Shown here: piece by piece, positions 60,904 to 64,000 of the stretch
How the letters are laid out: each line of letters opens with the position of its first letter
Numbering within the stretch: the stretch's first letter is position 1
Assembly: GCF_002571385.2 (NCBI RefSeq)
Contig: NW_019217784.1
Span: 2,881,780-2,945,779, forward strand
Direction of reading: 5' to 3'
Source of the DNA: Stylophora pistillata
Taxonomy: Eukaryota
DNA length: 64,000 nucleotides
Translations under genes and position numbers: made by a program
Notes under the pieces: model-generated
Seen by the model: only the letters and a program-made list of their open reading frames with translations
What the model was told of the DNA's origin: nothing
Database searches by the model: none

Positions 60904-61916
60904 GAAGAACCAGTTATAAACGAAAAGGAAACATGGTGGAAATCATCCACATCTACCTGAATCGCGAAAATAATCGAGAGCGCCTGCGTCTTACGTGCGG
61001 GTTCCATGGTAACGATAGCAACGAAAACAGCTGGGACATATCGGGTGAGAAACATGAAGTAGTATTTTGGAGAAACGAACAAAAAAATTCTCAATGTCAG
61101 AGATTTCTCTCACATCAGAAGCACGTCCATCAAGGGGAACGCTAGCTCATTAACGAGTGTTTTTTTATTTTTTCAGTGGCCAACTCGAAGCTTTTCAGTG
61201 GCCAACTCGAAAGCTATGCTAGTTTGGTCACTGCACATTTTACTTTTGATTATTGATGTGATTATATTCTAACTTTTATAATCTGTGGTAACCTCTTGAA
61301 ATAGCGCGAATAAAGAGTTTCCTTCAGATTATTGAATTGAGCATCCGGGAAATTCAGATTTATTTTATTGACGTCACGTACTCGTGGCGAACGAACAAAA
61401 ACTTTCTTCAACTGCCTGATTCGGCCGAGTTTGAAAAGTATAAACAGTTTCAAACTGAACTTAAAACAAAAATTGCTTCTGTTGACGTTTCTTCTTGTGC
61501 AAACCCGCTCAAGGTGGTAGCATGTGGCCGAAGCTGTACATCTATTTTAGACACTACTCGTGCTGTTGTTGTAGTTGTTATCGTTTTTTTTTTTTTTCAT
61601 TCGGACCGTTATTGATTTAAGTCGTTTGTTTGTTGGTGCTGTTGATGTTTCCTTGTCAATCTGCCTTTTCCCCCCGCCGGTAACAATGATCGGGTGTATA
61701 TAATGACGCGTTAGAGCTGTCAAAACTAGTGGAAAATTTACACTTAGTTTTTTTATTAGCTCTAATGATTGCTCAAAATTATTCGGATCACATCTACAAG
61801 CCGTGGCAATGAAGTTTACAATATCACATGCGACTTTATTTACTGCGGTCATACGAAGGAGTCAATACAAATTTGTAAAACTTTTAAAGGCCCGGTCACC
61901 CTCACGAAGTGTAACG

Positions 61917-62953
61917 TTAAGCCACACCATAACACTTAAGTTTTCCCAATGTATAATATCCTTTTTCGTGCGGGTCATTCAGGTCTCCGAGTCTAATTTG
62001 TGTCACAGGTAGAACAGACTTGTCTGTCAACAGACCGCCATCCTCTTTCCAGCCACTGAAACGGCCTCTACAATTACACATGAAACCGCTGGAACAAGAA
62101 TTTGTTACTCCGCATGCGCACTTATTGTCATGTCCTGTAGCTCCTCCCCAATAGTTCATCCGCGTTCCACTCCGTGACACCCACCAAGCAACACCTGTCT
62201 CGAAAAATCCCACACCAGCGGTACACTCAAAATTAAGAAACTGTTCGCAATTTTGTGAGACTCGAGTTAGTGCTGCCAATTGAGCGATGCTGACTCCAGT
62301 GTATCGTACATCTTTACTGTAACATCCTTTCCCGCGACATCCACCCGATTTGTAATCTACAAAGGTTCTTCTCTCAGTATCGTGACTAATGAGCGTTACA
62401 CCAACTCCACCTTTGTCAGTCATATCACAGTACACCTTGAAGGGTGTCACTCCCCCTTTACGATCGGGGTCAATCATATAGGTTCCTGATGTTGTTGCTC
62501 GATTGAGTGTTTTCATGTCACTACAAGATATCGGTCCTTGAATCTCAAGCACAGTAGTTGCTGTGATGGAGCGATAAAAATTTCTCGCGATGCAAGTGTA
62601 CGATCCAGAATCATTTGGGGAAACATTCTTAAGAAGCAGGGAGCCATTTGAATGAATTACGTGACCTGAAGGCAGACCTTGTGCTTTCCTCTGCCACACA
62701 ACTTCTCTTGCCCCTTGTGCTTCACAAGTCAGTAACACGTTTTCTGAGGTTGTGGCTTCGCTTTTACTAGGTGGAGGTAATGTAAACTTAAGTTCGTCGA
62801 ACACCATAACTTGCGCATGGGCTGATTCCATGCTAAGAACGTTCTTAGCAGAACATATGTAGTCTCCACCGTCTGTTTTAGTCACATTGACCAATTCCAG
62901 TCTTCTATCAAGAATTCTTGATATTTCCTTTGACATGTGACCAACTGCCTTTA
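61917..62953 (-). CDS. Extracellular protein fragment: partial Ig + Ig (I-set) + fibrinogen-C/contactin-associated-protein-like domain; 5' end lost at the N at 62954
   Basis: DGGDYICSAKN, LTCEAQG..W..LLLKNVSPNDSGSYTCIARN, then SCSDMK..SGTYMIDPD..PFKVYCDM..CEQFLNFEC..YWGGA..CACG..LPVTQIRLGD..LGKLKC. Confidence 0.85.
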
Positions 62954-63822
62954 NTGAACAGTGGGAACCCTCTGAGTCACAAAATAAATCTGAAAGTTGA
63001 AGGTATGCATGGTAATACACATGGTACATATATGTTTGACTGTAAAGTCAACTCTTTTGCTACGGGACACCCTTGGGAATTGGATGTCCACCATGATGAA
63101 TGTGCATGGCCATAATAAATGTGGCACTACCACTGTTATATTGGACTACTGATAATACCAAATGAATGGACAGTTTGCTTTGCTGAGATGTGGAAATTTG
63201 ATAGACACAGTTCCTACTGTTGTGTTCTGCTAGAGGTAGTATTTTTGTTGATTGGAAATTTAAAAACAAATTTCAGTGCAAAAGTAAATTATTATGTATT
63301 GTGTGTCTGCATGCTTACGAGAGAGCATGTATAAACAAAAGAAAAATCCAATTTCTACTTTCGGAAATGCCCCTGTCTGCCGGCTCATGAGAGATTATCT
63401 GCTTACAGGAATGTGTAAATACTTACTAGACTTAAACATTTAAAATAGTGTAAGCAACATGTACTGTAGGCACAACTAAAAAAATATAAATGTAATGGGG
63501 GTAGAGAGCACACCTTTGAGAATTTTAGGACCCCCTCCCCTCCCCCCTCTGGTGTTTAACATTATTTTTACACATAAGTATTCTCCTTAGATTTTGAGCC
63601 AAAATTTCGATGTGACAAATTCGACAACAATTTGCCAAAATCGTCAAATCCATGAACATTCACTTGGTTTGATTAAATTTTGTCAAATCTGCCATTTTTG
63701 TTAATGTGTGCATTTCGGGACATAAGTGCTCACAAGGAGTGAAAGAGTTAAAGAAGGCCATGGAAACATAGAAAAAAGTACTTAACATCAGTATGCATAT
63801 TCTCCATACTCTGAAATATACC

Positions 63823-64000
63823 TTATCCTTTTTAGACATCAAAGTTTCAATTGAAGGTAACGGTTTAAGCACTAGTGTGTATGACAAACCTACAGACTCG
63901 CATAATCACTTGTTATATTCGTCTTCGCATCCATCTCACGTTAAGAATTCCATTCCTTTTTCTCAGTTTCTAAGACTTCGTCGTTTATGTAGTGATGACT
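63823..64000 (+). mobile_element. Penelope-like retroelement RT C-terminal fragment (runs off window)
   Basis: LSFLDIKVSIEGNGLSTSVYDKPTDSHNHLLYSSSHPSHVKNSIPFSQFLRLRRLCSDD. Confidence 0.85.

Overview
Eukaryotic, AT-rich, intron-containing animal genomic DNA from a draft scaffold with N-gaps. Gene and repeat style suggest a cnidarian, probably a scleractinian coral (inference). Exons were spliced by hand. The window holds an intronless class A GPCR (5603-6769, +), FIBP (11 exons, 8911-15946, +), a 3-exon trypsin-like serine protease of bacterial conflict-system type with a perfect kappaB site upstream (18520-20415, +), TAF6L (12 exons, 22604-29723, -) head-to-head with pyruvate carboxylase (15 coding exons, 33054-46324, +), a frameshifted GPCR nested antisense in a PC intron, TRPT1 (48068-54558, +) tail-to-tail with the 3' half of PDCD2 (-), a small MGCxxS/PPxY/His-Gly-rich gene broken by one in-frame TAA (59382-60903, -), and an Ig-Ig-fibrinogen-like ORF cut by an N (61917-62953, -). 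Repeats include piggyBac-, hAT-, Tc1- and Mutator/foldback-type MITEs, tRNA-derived SINEs, LINE and Penelope fragments with hammerhead-like cores, and several unrelated families sharing a twin-hairpin/6-bp-spacer layout. The best candidate for an undescribed system is the intron-bearing, bacterial-type, probably Glu-specific protease under apparent NF-kB/IRF control. No database searches were run; family calls rest on recognised motifs.
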